From Limisphaerales bacterium (lineage in GTDB: Bacteria; Verrucomicrobiota; Verrucomicrobiia; Limisphaerales; JADJPG01): a stretch of 64,000 nt of DNA. The notes beneath the pieces are model-generated. The model did no database searches, was not told the origin of the DNA, and saw only the letters and a program-made list of their open reading frames with translations. The DNA is taken from the NCBI GenBank assembly GCA_044230345.1, contig JBGARF010000035.1:60403-124402 (forward strand). The letters are read 5' to 3'. Position 1 is the stretch's first letter. Every line of letters begins with the position of its first letter. The position numbers were made by a program, and so were the translations under genes. Of the stretch, positions 29,301 to 37,472 are shown piece after piece.

Positions 29301-29899
29301 CCAAAGTCGGCGACGTGCGGTTCGCCCTGCGCATCCACGAGAACATTCGACGGCTTCAAATCGCGATGCAGGATGCCGCGCTGATGGGCGTAGTGAATGG
29401 CGCGGCACACCTTGACCAGCTGTCGGATGCGCTCGCGCACGGGACGAACTCGTCCCAGGTCGGCCGCCAAATCCCCGCCTTCGACCAATCGCATGGTGAA
29501 GTAGTGCGCGCCGTCATGCTCGCCGCTGTCGTAGAGCGATACGATGTTGGGATGGTCCAATTGAACCACTGCCTCAATCTCGACGCGGAAGCGCAGGCGG
29601 GCCTCGTCGGACAAAAGGTGGCCCGATTGAATCATCTTCAGCGCCACCATCCGGTTCAGGCCAAGCTGACGGGCTCGATAGATCACGCCCATGCCACCCC
29701 GCCCGATCTCGTTGAGGATCTCGTAGTCGCCAAAGAACCGGGACTTCAGGCCCGGCGGCGTTGCCGTGGAAGGAGACAACTCCGCCGCGTCCGGGGAGAG
29801 CGCCAGGCGAAAGGCGCAGGCGGGGCAAACCGATCCTCGCGAACCGCCGGGGAGGCTCAGTCCGCATTCCTCGCACACTCTGGAAGCCGATTCATTCAC
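26384..29899 (-). CDS. Ser/Thr protein kinase with N-terminal Cys4 zinc-ribbon-like motif, one TM helix and ~800-aa extracytoplasmic WD40 domain
   Basis: CEECGLSLPGGSRGSVCPAC. Hanks kinase motifs GRGGMGVIYRA, VALKMI, HRDLKPSNVLV, DFGLAK, APE. TM LVLFGSTLLLSLIALAAGATVAAW. About 14 blades (FSPDGTRLAA, FSPDGRWLAA, LSPDGQRVIT...VRLW, FSPDGERILV, FNRDGTRIVT...AKVW, FSPDGRMILT...VLLWD, FSPDGQRVAA). GTG start. Confidence 0.9.
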   Translation of the reverse strand: MNESASRVCEECGLSLPGGSRGSVCPACAFRLALSPDAAELSPSTATPPGLKSRFFGDYEILNEIGRGGMGVIYRARQLGLNRMVALKMIQSGHLLSDEARLRFRVEIEAVVQLDHPNIVSLYDSGEHDGAHYFTMRLVEGGDLAADLGRVRPVRERIRQLVKVCRAIHYAHQRGILHRDLKPSNVLVDAQGEPHVADFGLAKSLDHDTGFTFTFSVLGSPNYMAPEQAAGKARQLTTAVDIYGLGAILYHLLAGRPPFQAPTPIDTLRQVVDRDPVPPRQIDPMVDRDLETIALKCLRKEPSARYGTAEELALDLERWLGGLPILARPLGPLTSGWRWCRRHPGLVLFGSTLLLSLIALAAGATVAAWRIRSANQRTEVLVTRMQIQKAESLFSDGESSKALATLAHVLRRDPTNSPATLRLLSALQHRRYALPVCPPMVHRTTVVASALPGGKRELFTLTQTGAAKRWNLDSGEPVGALFDLQLPIRIAAVSDDLQTMIIGLRDGPAQLRRGPALDTVHELPVLPDGVVAVALSPSGRLAATASARLAPSLLLDVGLWDTATGLALTPPRPHRLAVSDLQFTRDERHLVSVCADSRVRFWPVSAAGDAPSLVLTQASCLILRFDLSGRWMAVGEYGGGIRVWDTQDLSRPKRTFQHARRINDLSFNADASLLLSASSDDTAQVWNLTTGAPHGPPLRHGNIVNTARFSPDERQVVTASNDNSARLWDPATGLQLTEELPHENGLKLASFTADGRRVLTITFDGTCALWELREPVVPTPTVTYSNAVTRVQFSPDGTRLAAGSVDGEIRVVDAKSGQTLRRFQGNGPINPTAFSPDGRWLAAGGTGRAVQVFDVTNGRTVLPPLRHGLTVERLEFDRSGTRLLATDELQAQVWDMTSGQPVGAPLSHRDRIESARLSPDGQRVITTSSDRTVRLWSAATGEPIGPPVLDGALATYAEFSPDGERILVARRGHEAVLISLATRQMIGAPMRHRGGVSHAAFNRDGTRIVTASEDQTAKVWAPGTPEALLQTFPHRSRVNRAEFSPDGRMILTLSSDGTVLLWDTASGHLVADPIRHPGVTFACFSPDGQRVAASAKTGVVLVRPVPTWEGGDVAWMADLAEHVAQQRFIPPDRYDPLPAETRQNSRPSVPTDQGEDSKFALQQWFRHRPLP

Positions 29900-30054
29900 G
29901 GGCCTGCTCGCGGCATCGGGTGTTCGCTGGCCAGTCTCAGCGAGAATTCGGACTCATCGGCATGCACCGGAGGACACCAGAGAACCGGGAGCGCCGGCAA
30001 GGAGGAAAAGGCGCGTGGCAATTTGCTCGACCGTGCGCCTGTCCTTGAACCGCC

Positions 30055-30162
30055 CGGAGCGCGGACTTGCAGTCCGCAGCGGCTCGCGGTGGGGACGCCG
30101 CGGAAAGGTTCCAGCGCGCGCGGCCGATTCCACCCGCTGCGGACTTGGAAGTCCGCGCTCCG
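30055..30162. repeat. inverted pair of REP-like hairpins (family CCGCTGCGG-hairpin-CCGCGCTCCG)
   Basis: cggagcgcggacttgcagtccgcagcgg (30055-30082) and ccgctgcggacttggaagtccgcgctccg (30134-30162) are reverse complements of each other apart from the loop. They lie in the 350-nt gap between the 1217-aa gene and the kinase gene. Confidence 0.6.
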
Positions 30163-30251
30163 TCGGGGCATGGCGGAAGAAGTGTCCAATCCTCAAGAGA
30201 TTTGCTGCTGCCACGCCCGGGCTCCGCGGCGGCGGGGCACCACGCCCCACC

Positions 30252-33200
30252 TCAGAGCTTCAGCTGCAGCGCAATTCTGAAGAACTGCGCCTCGCCGGAA
30301 TTGGGCAGGACGACCCGATAGAGCCCGCCGCCGAGATGAACCGGCGTAATCGGGATCGTCGTCGGCTTCTGCCTCAAGTCCGCCGTCGCCTGAAGGGAAA
30401 ACTGCAGGCGATCAGCATAAAGGGGAGAGGCGAGCCACGTCGCCGCCATGGTCTTGCCCGTGCCGGGCGCGCCAGCACCGCCCGCGCCGCCGGCGCCATC
30501 GATGGGAACTTCCTCCACGTGCAACGTCGGCAGAGTCAACGCCGCGATCGGAACCGCAGGAGCACCGCGCCGATCGGTTGGATCGCTCCCTTCCCACATC
30601 TCCTGCAGGTTGGAATAACCGTCGCCATCGGCGTCATCGAAGGGATCAGCACCCAGCCCCCCGAGTAGCGCCATTTCCCAAGTGTCGATAAGGAGATTGC
30701 CGTCCGCATCGCCATCGGACCGGACCGGAACCGCTTCGAGCGAGACGGCGAGCACTTCGACGTTAAGTCCGGCGCAGGTGGTACTGATAACATCGGGCCG
30801 GCCGACGACCTCGACGAGCGCCCCCGGTTGGAGTTGGAAGGTGTCGGGGAAATCGAACGCGCCGCCGCCGAGGGCGAACAGGTTGACCGGGGTGGACGCC
30901 AGGTCCGCGGTCTCCAGCGTGGTGCAGGCACTTCCGATGGAATCCGGCCGCACTCGCAACGTGAGGTTGGTCACGGGCCGGCTGCCGAGTTGCTGCATCA
31001 CGGAGTGGACACCCGCGGCGGCATTGGCCAGCAAGGCAGGTGGAAAGCTGCCCGCTGCGATGTAGTTGGAGTGCACGATGCCGTCGCGGATGAAGTCACG
31101 CAGCACGTCGAGCGGCGGCCGGTAGAGGCCCGGAGCGGCGTTGTTCGAGACGCTGGAGACGCGATAGATTTCGCGAGCCACCGTAAGCAAGGCCTGCACT
31201 TGCGGGCTCGGGGCTTGGAGGACGAGCGTTTCCAGCGAATGATACATCTGGCGCAGATCGTAGGCGGGCCGCTGGACATCGCCGTGGGCCAGCAGTCCCC
31301 GCGCGTCGTCATCCAAAATCTGCCGTCCGGCATCGGCGGGGCGAAAGGGAAACAGGGTGAGATTGCTCCGGCTTGGGGATGCGGCGGCAAGGGCAGCACG
31401 CAAACGAGCCTCGAGCAGCGCAGCCGCGGCGGTTTGCGTCACCGTGATGTTCTGGGCACGAACCTCGTTGGTCGCATTGCCGTAGGCGAGCTTGGCAGCG
31501 GTCACCCAGTTCAACGCCTCGGCGTTGAGCACGCCCACTGCCCCGCCATAGAGGTACGGCACGGTGATGGGAGGAAGGATTGGCGATGGCAGGAGGGCGA
31601 CGAGTTCGCGCCCGATCCGGGTGTCGGCGGACGGAGTGAAGACGTCGAAGTGCGGATCAGTGGCGGCGACGAGGAGAGGCTGTGCCGGATGAATGAACAC
31701 ATTCGAGGCCGCCGCGGAAACGCCGATCGGATGTCCGACGCTGGCTGCGGCGAGCAGAGCCCCCGACCCGTCAAAGACGCGGACGCGCGACCCGCCCCGG
31801 GCGAAGGTTTCCGTGCCGGTCGTGCCGTCGAACGGTCGTGGTGTGAGGATCCAGTCCACGGCCGTGTGTTGCTCGTAGCCGGCGGTCGGTGGTTTGCTGG
31901 CCGCGTTGGCGGGGGAAGTGTTCTTCAGCAGTTCCTCCAGATCCGAAGCGCCATCACCGTCGGCATCGCTGCCGCTGCGGAGCGGGTCGAGGCCGTTGGC
32001 AATTTCGACGTAGTCAGGCACGCCATCGGAATCGGAGTCCAGCGTGCCAGGCCCGTCACGGAACGTGTAGATCTCCGTTTTGATCGACGTTTGGGCTGAA
32101 CCGAGCAATGCCCGCGCGCGGTGTTGGAGCGTGCTGTTCGTGAAGATTTGGACCGCTTGTCCCGCGTAGGCCAGCCAGGGGCCTTGGGCGTTCCGGCGAT
32201 ACAGCACCTGATAGCCGGGGGCGTCGACCTGAAACTGAACCGCGACGCTGCGGGCGTGAAAGCCGCCGGCGGGCTGGGCGCTGACTTGAACCACCGAAGG
32301 GCCGGAAGCGGCGCCGAGGCTGAAAATCGAAACTGCCTCGGTGTATTGGTTGGCGAGGCCGAACTGAGCTTGCGGATGACCCGCGCCAAGGTTGGCCGGC
32401 GTCGGATCATCGAGCCCGCGGGCGGCATCAGCGTATGTCTCGCTCGTCACTCCGACCTGCGGCGGGCCGCCCACGAGGGAGAAGAGCGAGGACCAATCGC
32501 CCGCATTGGCGCTGTGGAGCAGGCGCGGGTGCGGGGCGACAAAGGGCTCGAATTGAAACTGAAACACGTTCGCGCGCGCGCTCAGATCGGTCACGCTCGG
32601 CAACACGTTGTCGTGGCTGAGAACGAACGTTCCCGTGCCGGCATCGAACGCATAGCGCAACGAACGCGACGTGCGGGTGCCATTGGCGTGGCTGACGCCG
32701 AAGGTGACCGCGCCGTTGCCCGACGGTGTGGCCCCGAGAATTCGCTGTCCGTCCGGCGGGAGAAACTCTTGGCTCACCGTCGGCAGGTTGTTCCCGTCGA
32801 AGTCAAAGGCCGCCGCGCGAGCACCGTCATCAAACACGGCCACGAATCGGGCCGGCACACCGGCGGCCGCCGGCAGGGTGACGAGGGAGCGGATGGCGTG
32901 GCCGAGCGCAAACTGGTTGGTGGGACCGGCCTGAAACGTGCCCGGGATCGGCTCGGCCACCGCGTAAGTGGTGAAGTTGCTCTGCCCCGGCCGATAAACC
33001 AGGAACCTTGCGAGATTGCTGCCGCCGAAACGGCCGGCGGCGTACTCGACCCCAGCCGGCAGCGGGCCGAATTCGAGAAACGTCTCCTGCGGCCCAAGCG
33101 CGTGGCTGATCAGGCGAAGAACGTCCGTGTTGCCACGCGCCAGGACGGCGAGGACGGGCGCGGTGCCGTCGCGGAAGATGACGCGGTTGCCGCGTTCCCA

Positions 33201-33905
33201 GCGCTGCGCGATCACGTCTTCCTGCAATGAGACGAACGTCGCCCCGTTGCTGTTGCGAATGGTGGTCGCGCGATAGGAGGGCGTATTCCAGACGCTGGCC
33301 ACGACGAGGTCGTGCAGCGGGGAGTTGCCCGCGCCGCCCACCTCCATCGCGACGACCTGGTTGGGACCGACGGCGTTGATGAAGAACGTGACCGGCAAGC
33401 CGGGCTGGGCGGGATCATTGGCCGGCACGACATTGATTCGGTTGGCGGCTTCAGCCGTGAACACCAACCCGTGTGACGCCACACTGAACAGATTGCCGAC
33501 CGAGAACCCGGTGACATCCGCAATACCGCTCGCGCGAGGTTGGGTCCACCCGGGCTCGCCGTCCGGAGTTTGATACGCCACCCGATAGGCGCCGGTGACG
33601 CGATCGACGATGACGGAATCGATGAGACCATCACCGTTGAAGTCGCCGGCGGCCGCCCATTCCGCCGGGCCGTGTGGCCGGACGAACGTGTAGTCGTCGA
33701 GCGGGGCGGCAGCGAGAGGGAGGGCGGTGAGGACGAGGAGAACGAGCATGGCCAAGACATTGCGGAACGTGCTTCCGGGCTCGCCCTCACCCGCGAGGAT
33801 CGCGGGAGAGGGAGGAACTTCAGCGGCGGCGTGGTGGATTGAATCGGCGGGGAACATTGCGGTGCCCTTTTGTGAACAAGTGAAAGAATATAAAAGTGCG
33901 TTCAT
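30252..33905 (-). CDS. large exported hypothetical protein (1217 aa) with an FG-GAP/VCBS-like segment and thrombospondin-type-3-like Asp-rich Ca-binding repeats
   Basis: Hydrophobic leader MLVLLVLTALPLAAAP. AAAGDFNGDGLIDSVIVDRVTGAY (FG-GAP-like). DSDSDGVPDYVEIANGLDPLRSGSDADGDGASDLEEL and DGDADGNLLIDTWE...DPFDDADGDGYSNLQEMWEGSDPTD (TSP3-like). Alternative start ATG 33857 (MFPADS...) has AAGGG 9 nt upstream. Function unknown. Confidence 0.75.
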   Translation of the reverse strand: MNALLYSFTCSQKGTAMFPADSIHHAAAEVPPSPAILAGEGEPGSTFRNVLAMLVLLVLTALPLAAAPLDDYTFVRPHGPAEWAAAGDFNGDGLIDSVIVDRVTGAYRVAYQTPDGEPGWTQPRASGIADVTGFSVGNLFSVASHGLVFTAEAANRINVVPANDPAQPGLPVTFFINAVGPNQVVAMEVGGAGNSPLHDLVVASVWNTPSYRATTIRNSNGATFVSLQEDVIAQRWERGNRVIFRDGTAPVLAVLARGNTDVLRLISHALGPQETFLEFGPLPAGVEYAAGRFGGSNLARFLVYRPGQSNFTTYAVAEPIPGTFQAGPTNQFALGHAIRSLVTLPAAAGVPARFVAVFDDGARAAAFDFDGNNLPTVSQEFLPPDGQRILGATPSGNGAVTFGVSHANGTRTSRSLRYAFDAGTGTFVLSHDNVLPSVTDLSARANVFQFQFEPFVAPHPRLLHSANAGDWSSLFSLVGGPPQVGVTSETYADAARGLDDPTPANLGAGHPQAQFGLANQYTEAVSIFSLGAASGPSVVQVSAQPAGGFHARSVAVQFQVDAPGYQVLYRRNAQGPWLAYAGQAVQIFTNSTLQHRARALLGSAQTSIKTEIYTFRDGPGTLDSDSDGVPDYVEIANGLDPLRSGSDADGDGASDLEELLKNTSPANAASKPPTAGYEQHTAVDWILTPRPFDGTTGTETFARGGSRVRVFDGSGALLAAASVGHPIGVSAAASNVFIHPAQPLLVAATDPHFDVFTPSADTRIGRELVALLPSPILPPITVPYLYGGAVGVLNAEALNWVTAAKLAYGNATNEVRAQNITVTQTAAAALLEARLRAALAAASPSRSNLTLFPFRPADAGRQILDDDARGLLAHGDVQRPAYDLRQMYHSLETLVLQAPSPQVQALLTVAREIYRVSSVSNNAAPGLYRPPLDVLRDFIRDGIVHSNYIAAGSFPPALLANAAAGVHSVMQQLGSRPVTNLTLRVRPDSIGSACTTLETADLASTPVNLFALGGGAFDFPDTFQLQPGALVEVVGRPDVISTTCAGLNVEVLAVSLEAVPVRSDGDADGNLLIDTWEMALLGGLGADPFDDADGDGYSNLQEMWEGSDPTDRRGAPAVPIAALTLPTLHVEEVPIDGAGGAGGAGAPGTGKTMAATWLASPLYADRLQFSLQATADLRQKPTTIPITPVHLGGGLYRVVLPNSGEAQFFRIALQLKL

Positions 33906-33926
33906 GGGAAGTGGCGCGTTGTCGCG

Positions 33927-36900
33927 TTACTGGATTTGGACCGGGTTGGTGGGCATGACCTCGGCAATCTCGCGCGTGTCGGGATTGAGCCGGACGAGGA
34001 AGTATTGGTAGGTGGCATCATCGACCACCGGCTGCGTGTCGAGCAGATACAACTCCCAATCGGGAGCAGACGGCGTGGCCGTGGTGGGAATCAGTCGGAT
34101 GAACGGGTCGTGGACAAACACGGCATTGGCGCCGTTGGGGGTCAGAGCGCGGTCGAACGCGATCTCTTCCATGAGCGGCGTGACCTGAATGACGTCCCGG
34201 GAAACCTCAGGGAAGGCCGCGTTCGGGATCTGTGCGCGGTAAACGACGAGCGGGAAGAGCCGGCCCTGATCGCGGGCGCTGCGATAGACATGCTCCAGGG
34301 GATCCGTGCCGCCCGCGATGGCGTTGGTCATGTTCGGCGGAAAGAGCGGCATCGTCAGGGCGCCGACCCGGATTCCGACGCCTTCAAAGCGTTGTTGGGG
34401 AAACGGCAGGAAGGCCGGGTCTGAATTGTTAAACATCCTGGCGTGAACGCGCGGGAAGTTCGTGGACGTCACGGTCGGAAGAGAACGGGCTGGCCAGGGC
34501 ACGTTGGTCAACGGCCCATTCGTCGACACCTGCCAGATGAACTGTTCCGTGTTGCTCTTCGGCCCGATGGAGCCGTCCTTGCCCACCGCGCGGATGAACA
34601 CGGCGTAGTGATTGCCCACGGTGACGTCGGCGTCGGTGGTGAAGACCGATCCGTTCCCGAAGCTGGGTCCGATGCGCCGAGAGAGGAACGTGAGCAGTTT
34701 GGGCTGGACCATCGGAACCCCGGGCAACGGCAGGCCCAACTCGACTGCATTGGTCAACGTGAGATCAGGAGACAGGCTCTTCCCGGGAGGCAGCGGGGCA
34801 CCTGCGACCCAGACTTCGAAACGCTCGATTCCGTAAGGCGGACAGAACCATTGCAGACGCATCCGGGCATTGGTGGAGGTGCCGACGGCGGTCAAGGGCG
34901 ACAGAATCGGAGTGGGGAGCGGCGCGTTGGGGCCAGTCTTGACGCAACCGATCCGGACCATGGGGCTGGCGTTCCCATGTTCGTCGAACTGTTGGATGAA
35001 GTAACAAATGTCCGAAGGTTGGGCGGGCATCGAACCATCGCAGCACATGGCCGGGGCCGCCACGGTGGCGTCAGCCTCACGCTGGCAGACCAGCGTGAGC
35101 GGGCCGTTCTCGACCCGACGATAGAACTTCACCTCCTTGGTGCCCGGCGAAAGATTGGCCGCAACACAGATCTCGTCGATGGTTCCGTCGCCATCGCCAT
35201 CGCCTTGCGGGTCATGCACCGTGCAATCGCCTCCGGGACGGACGCGACGCGATTCGATGGTGCCGGAGAACAGCACCGGACGGGTCGATCCGTCGGGCGC
35301 GGGGATGATGGTCGAACTGACGGCGAACTCCGAGACCTTGCCGTTGACGGCACCGACCCGGCAGTAAAACCGCGGGGCGAGGGCGGGAAACTGCGGGTTC
35401 TTGGGCAGAGCGAATTCGACGGTCGCGGCGTTCAGGCCGGGGACGAAGAACTGTCGGGCGATCTGGACGCGTTGGGTATTGAGGCCGGACAGATCGTAGT
35501 AAAACTCGGCCCATTCGATGGCGGGACGCAGGCGTTCCGTCGTCAGCCGAAAATGAAGCGCGTTCGTGGGCAGGCCCGGGACCGGCACGGGAGCACTGTC
35601 CCGAACGAAGCGGACGGTCGGTTCGGTGCAGGTGATCTCGAGCTCGCCGTCGCCGCCAGCCGGCCCCACCCGATCGCGGAGCACGCCGAACGCGGGCGCG
35701 CTGTGCGGGCTGCGGTTGCCGCCAGGCGCGCACGCGCCGTGATCGAGCGCGACGACCGTGTACCAGAACGTCACGCCGGCCTGGGTGGCGGCGAGGGGCG
35801 AACCGGGGCCGTTGTCGAGGTAGCTGTTGGTCGGAGATCCGGCCAGATGCGGGATCGGCCCGGCCACAAGGTTGAAGGCCGGGTCGCCCGCATGGGCGTG
35901 CATGTCGGGCAGGCTGGCCCAGCGATAGATGTAGTAGGCAGTGGTGATGTCGTTCGTGTTCGCGTTCTGATTCCAGACCACCTGGAGATGTTGCTGGGGC
36001 GCCCCGTTGTAAACATAGTGATTCAAAACGCGGACCCGACTGGGCGCCTGGGGCGGCATCCGATCGCAAATCGTGATCAACGTCCCACGGGACACGAGGC
36101 CGTCGCGTCCCAGCAGGTCTCGCGCGGTCAGGAAATAGTAAAACTGCGCGCCGTTGACGAAGTCGTTCTGGGGCTGCTGGGTGTTCGGATTGAAGCGGTC
36201 GTTCCAGTCGGAATAAAAAAACGTGCTGGCGTCCGCCGCCAGATTGAGCGCTTCCGCTTCGGTGTAGTCACGCGGCTGCAAGACCGGCAACCGATTGAGT
36301 CGATGGACGAGCGGATTGGATTGAACAGCCGCCAGCAGGGCCCCTGGGGAGGGCGGCGCAAGATGCCAGTTGTTCTGTTGGGCCAGGACGGCCGGAACGC
36401 GATAGACATTGAATCCATGCTGGAGCATGGAAAGACGCCGCAAAGCGTCCGGGGTCGACCAGCGCAGCTTGGCATTGAGGTCCCCCTTCGGCGTGACGTC
36501 CGGGACTTCAACGGGGCGGCCGGGCGCCGGCAGCACAACCGGTTGCCGGGCGCGGACCGTCGAACGACCCACCACTCCGAGATCGCGATCGTTGCCGACG
36601 TCAAAGACTCGAACCTCGAAGGTCGTGCGGGTGCCCGCCGGGCCCGGGATCAGCGCGGCGTGCGCCCAGCCAAGGCAGAGCGCCACTCCCGGATGAGTGC
36701 GCGCCATCAGCACCAGGTTCTTAAACTGATCCGGATCATCGATGGAACCGCGGATGACGGCCGACAACTTCTGGGCCAGCGGCAGCTTTGCATCGGGCAT
36801 CAACCTTTCGAACAAGCTGTTGATGGTTTCCTCGAGGTAGTTGAGATCTTGGCCGAGATGAATCGATCTTTGGAGGAGCGGCTGGATCACCGTCGGATCC

Positions 36901-37412
36901 GTTTGCACCCGCAGAATCGCCTGCCGCTCGTAGTTCGCAGTCGAGTTGGCCTCACCGGGCTTGGCGTAAACGGCAAACACGCGCGAGCGCAGCGTCGCGG
37001 GATCGCTCGTGATCCAGCAGAGGTAGGCCCAATCCCGGCTTTGGGAATCATAGGTCGTGGTGCCGGCAACGAGGATGTCGTCGCCACCAGATGCGGCCTG
37101 AATTGTCGAGGAAAGGAAAAAGAACAGGAGCGAGAGCAGAGCGGCGAAGGGGAGCAATACGATCGAGGAACCCGGCCGGAGCGCGGGTTTCCAAACCCGC
37201 AGCGCCTCGTGGCGGCGACCGGGCTGGAAGGTTCCAAGGTTGGCGGACGGTCCGACCCGCAGCGGACGGTAAGGCCGCGCTCCAAACGCGGGCGCGCCAA
37301 GCTCATTCTCTCCCCCGGGGAGAGGGAGAAAATCAGCGGCGGCGTGGTGGGGCGGACGAGCGTAGAACGCTGCGGTGCGCTTCGGCGAGAAGGTGATTGT
37401 CTGCGTATGCAT
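33927..37412 (-). CDS. large exported/anchored hypothetical protein (up to 1161 aa), possibly with FN3-like segments; 5' end doubtful
   Basis: Long ORF with coding-like composition. Hydrophobic segment IVLLPFAALLSLLFFFLSSTIQAASG at residues ~85-110. The first ~80 codons run through two REP-type palindromes (37308-37324, 37183-37200), so the real start is probably near 37205. No named family recognised. Confidence 0.7.
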   Translation of the reverse strand: MHTQTITFSPKRTAAFYARPPHHAAADFLPLPGGENELGAPAFGARPYRPLRVGPSANLGTFQPGRRHEALRVWKPALRPGSSIVLLPFAALLSLLFFFLSSTIQAASGGDDILVAGTTTYDSQSRDWAYLCWITSDPATLRSRVFAVYAKPGEANSTANYERQAILRVQTDPTVIQPLLQRSIHLGQDLNYLEETINSLFERLMPDAKLPLAQKLSAVIRGSIDDPDQFKNLVLMARTHPGVALCLGWAHAALIPGPAGTRTTFEVRVFDVGNDRDLGVVGRSTVRARQPVVLPAPGRPVEVPDVTPKGDLNAKLRWSTPDALRRLSMLQHGFNVYRVPAVLAQQNNWHLAPPSPGALLAAVQSNPLVHRLNRLPVLQPRDYTEAEALNLAADASTFFYSDWNDRFNPNTQQPQNDFVNGAQFYYFLTARDLLGRDGLVSRGTLITICDRMPPQAPSRVRVLNHYVYNGAPQQHLQVVWNQNANTNDITTAYYIYRWASLPDMHAHAGDPAFNLVAGPIPHLAGSPTNSYLDNGPGSPLAATQAGVTFWYTVVALDHGACAPGGNRSPHSAPAFGVLRDRVGPAGGDGELEITCTEPTVRFVRDSAPVPVPGLPTNALHFRLTTERLRPAIEWAEFYYDLSGLNTQRVQIARQFFVPGLNAATVEFALPKNPQFPALAPRFYCRVGAVNGKVSEFAVSSTIIPAPDGSTRPVLFSGTIESRRVRPGGDCTVHDPQGDGDGDGTIDEICVAANLSPGTKEVKFYRRVENGPLTLVCQREADATVAAPAMCCDGSMPAQPSDICYFIQQFDEHGNASPMVRIGCVKTGPNAPLPTPILSPLTAVGTSTNARMRLQWFCPPYGIERFEVWVAGAPLPPGKSLSPDLTLTNAVELGLPLPGVPMVQPKLLTFLSRRIGPSFGNGSVFTTDADVTVGNHYAVFIRAVGKDGSIGPKSNTEQFIWQVSTNGPLTNVPWPARSLPTVTSTNFPRVHARMFNNSDPAFLPFPQQRFEGVGIRVGALTMPLFPPNMTNAIAGGTDPLEHVYRSARDQGRLFPLVVYRAQIPNAAFPEVSRDVIQVTPLMEEIAFDRALTPNGANAVFVHDPFIRLIPTTATPSAPDWELYLLDTQPVVDDATYQYFLVRLNPDTREIAEVMPTNPVQIQ
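37177..37324. repeat. REP-like hairpins inside the nominal 5' end of ORF 33927..37412
   Basis: cggagcgcgggtttccaaacccgcagcg (37177-37204), same family as 30055/30134. ctctcccc-c-ggggagag palindrome (37308-37324), same family as 18082 and 18279. Confidence 0.55.
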
Positions 37413-37472
37413 GGCTATCGTTGGGTAAAGTTTCTGTCTTGGTTTTGGCGAGGGCGTGGAGTGGCGGCGCGC

